This document shows, in pieces, positions 62,337 to 64,000 of a DNA stretch of 64,000 nucleotides. The notes under the pieces were generated by a model. It made no database searches, was not told the origin of the DNA, and saw only the letters and a program-made list of their open reading frames with translations. The first letter of the stretch is position 1. The number at the start of each line of letters is the position of its first letter. Source of the DNA: Klebsormidium nitens. Lineage: Eukaryota; Plantae; Klebsormidiophyceae. The stretch is from contig DF237385.1 in NCBI GenBank assembly GCA_000708835.1, positions 1-64,000 of the forward strand. The letters are read 5' to 3'. Position numbers and translations under genes: made by a program.

Positions 62337-62769
62337 GACGGCACGAGGTAGAACGGGAGATTCTTCGAGACGATGAGACGCTAGCGCTTGGCGCTTGATT
62401 GGCGCTATACTGAGGATTGAACACAATGCAAGATATTTGTTGCTAAGCAAGTGACAGGCATTGCATAGTCATGTTAAGCTAGGCGAGTATGAGGCAACGC
62501 GACGGTACAACAATCATGTACGCAAAAGATAATGAAAAGGCATGTGCAATATCCATTTTGGATGCTGATACAATCCGTGGGAACACCGTGCATCCGATCG
62601 ATTTATAAGCGTTGAAGCTAGCTCTTGAATGTTCAGAGTCAGGCGCGCAATCATCACGTGGTGTGTTCAGAACCCGGTCGGACTCCTCTCAGTGCGCGGT
62701 ACGTCAGGATAGGAGCTGGCGCAGCATGAATCTTACATGTTGTCATGTTTCGCATCAAGACGGTTGCTT

Positions 62770-63235
62770 NNNNNNNNNNNNNNNNNNNNNNNNNNNNNNN
62801 NNNNNNNNNNNNNNNNNNNNNNNNNNNNNNNNNNNNNNNNNNNNNNNNNNNNNNNNNNNNNNNNNNNNNNNNNNNNNNNNNNNNNNNNNNNNNNNNNNNN
62901 NNNNNNNNNNNNNNNNNNNNNNNNNNNNNNNNNNNNNNNNNNNNNNNNNNNNNNNNNNNNNNNNNNNNNNNNNNNNNNNNNNNNNNNNNNNNNNNNNNNN
63001 NNNNNNNNNNNNNNNNNNNNNNNNNNNNNNNNNNNNNNNNNNNNNNNNNNNNNNNNNNNNNNNNNNNNNNNNNNNNNNNNNNNNNNNNNNNNNNNNNNNN
63101 NNNNNNNNNNNNNNNNNNNNNNNNNNNNNNNNNNNNNNNNNNNNNNNNNNNNNNNNNNNNNNNNNNNNNNNNNNNNNNNNNNNNNNNNNNNNNNNNNNNN
63201 NNNNNNNNNNNNNNNNNNNNNNNNNNNNNNNNNNN
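62770..63235. other. Assembly gap (N run)
   Basis: A run of N with CATG-rich flanks and no clear flank overlap. Confidence 0.95.
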
Positions 63236-64000
63236 GTTGCAGACATGAGCGCGCTGCAACAGCAACTGCACTTGCATGCATGCATGCCCAACATGCCACT
63301 GATGAATTCTACGTTGAGGATCGTCGTTACTGATGGGGCACGTCCATTGAATGCGGTATACGCGCGGCGGCCTGCATCAATCCTTACTCTGACATCGGTT
63401 GGGGAGCGAATTACTCTCCATGCAGTTCAAAGATCCTTGATTTGCTTCTGAGCCTAGAGCTACTGATGAACGAGACAGTCTGCACTCAAATGCACCCTGT
63501 TGTGCGAGCAATCGTTTTCAGCACTGCTTCCATCCCCTCCGATTGAAGGTTGGTACACTGACAGGTTCTACCTCGTTCAACCGTTGAACAACTTTGCAAC
63601 GCATAACATCCAGGACACTTCAATCACAATCTCCAAATCATTGTCAATCATTGTCGTATACATAACTGGTATTTGCCTGTGCCTATCCTCTTAAGCTCCT
63701 GTGGTAAGCACGGAATCTCATCTTTGTTGGAAGCCTGCAAGGTGACTATTCACTTTTTCCAGTCAAGGCAAATAAGTTAGAGCACAAGGTCCCTCGGAAA
63801 GAATCAATGCTGGCTACTCTGAGACGGGGCAGGGCCAGAAACCGCTCTCTTCTTGAAAAGATAATGTGAGACGATCCACTCCTCTCCGTTCTTGTAATTG
63901 AACAGCTCAGCCACGGCGATGTAGAATGTCCGCCAATAGACGACCCACTTCGTGACCTGCAGATACAAGTCGAGGGAGTCATTAAAATCCTGGATAGTGA

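Noticed and set aside
1-64000. tRNA/rRNA/snRNA genes
   Set aside because: GGTTCGA-like words (e.g. ~34470, ~43220, ~46065) lack cloverleaf context, and no rRNA or snRNA signatures were seen.

Overview
Intron-rich eukaryotic nuclear DNA. The genes have close land-plant-like orthologues, and a cilium gene is also present, so the source is probably a flagellate-stage streptophyte alga (Klebsormidium-like; this is inference). Gene models were assembled by hand from GT-AG splice signals and remembered family motifs, with no searches run. Eight spliced genes are supported: (1) a secreted allene-oxide-cyclase/dirigent-fold protein (+, 1608-3563, start not found); (2) an EDEM-type GH47 alpha-mannosidase, MNS4-like (-, 7521-15759); (3) a type I membrane protein with a duplicated pro-region, a GAIN/GPS-like module and a Pro-Ala stalk (+, 17476-21460); (4) ATG101 (-, 22899-26334); (5) a helical-repeat protein with a C-terminal MYND finger (+, ~29389-33410), broken by three homopolymer frameshifts and an apparently spurious N-gap; (6) a FET/TAF15-like RRM + RanBP2-finger protein (+, 43250-47567); (7) CFAP96/C4orf47-like (-, 51961-56016); (8) an oxysterol-binding-protein-related gene (+, 58369-62336). 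Mobile DNA comprises a 940-bp TTAA-flanked piggyBac-like non-autonomous element, a ~240-bp MITE, intronic hairpins and possible DIRS-type retroelement relics. The most unusual structure is in the MNS4-like gene. One intact 222-nt exon is preceded by five degenerate copies of its 5' part, each keeping the AG acceptor, and followed by four copies of its 3' part, each keeping a GT donor. Most copies are spaced ~145-180 bp apart and the spacers are largely non-homologous. Smaller splice-site-spanning exon-fragment duplications occur in three other genes. No tRNA, rRNA or CRISPR array was recognised.
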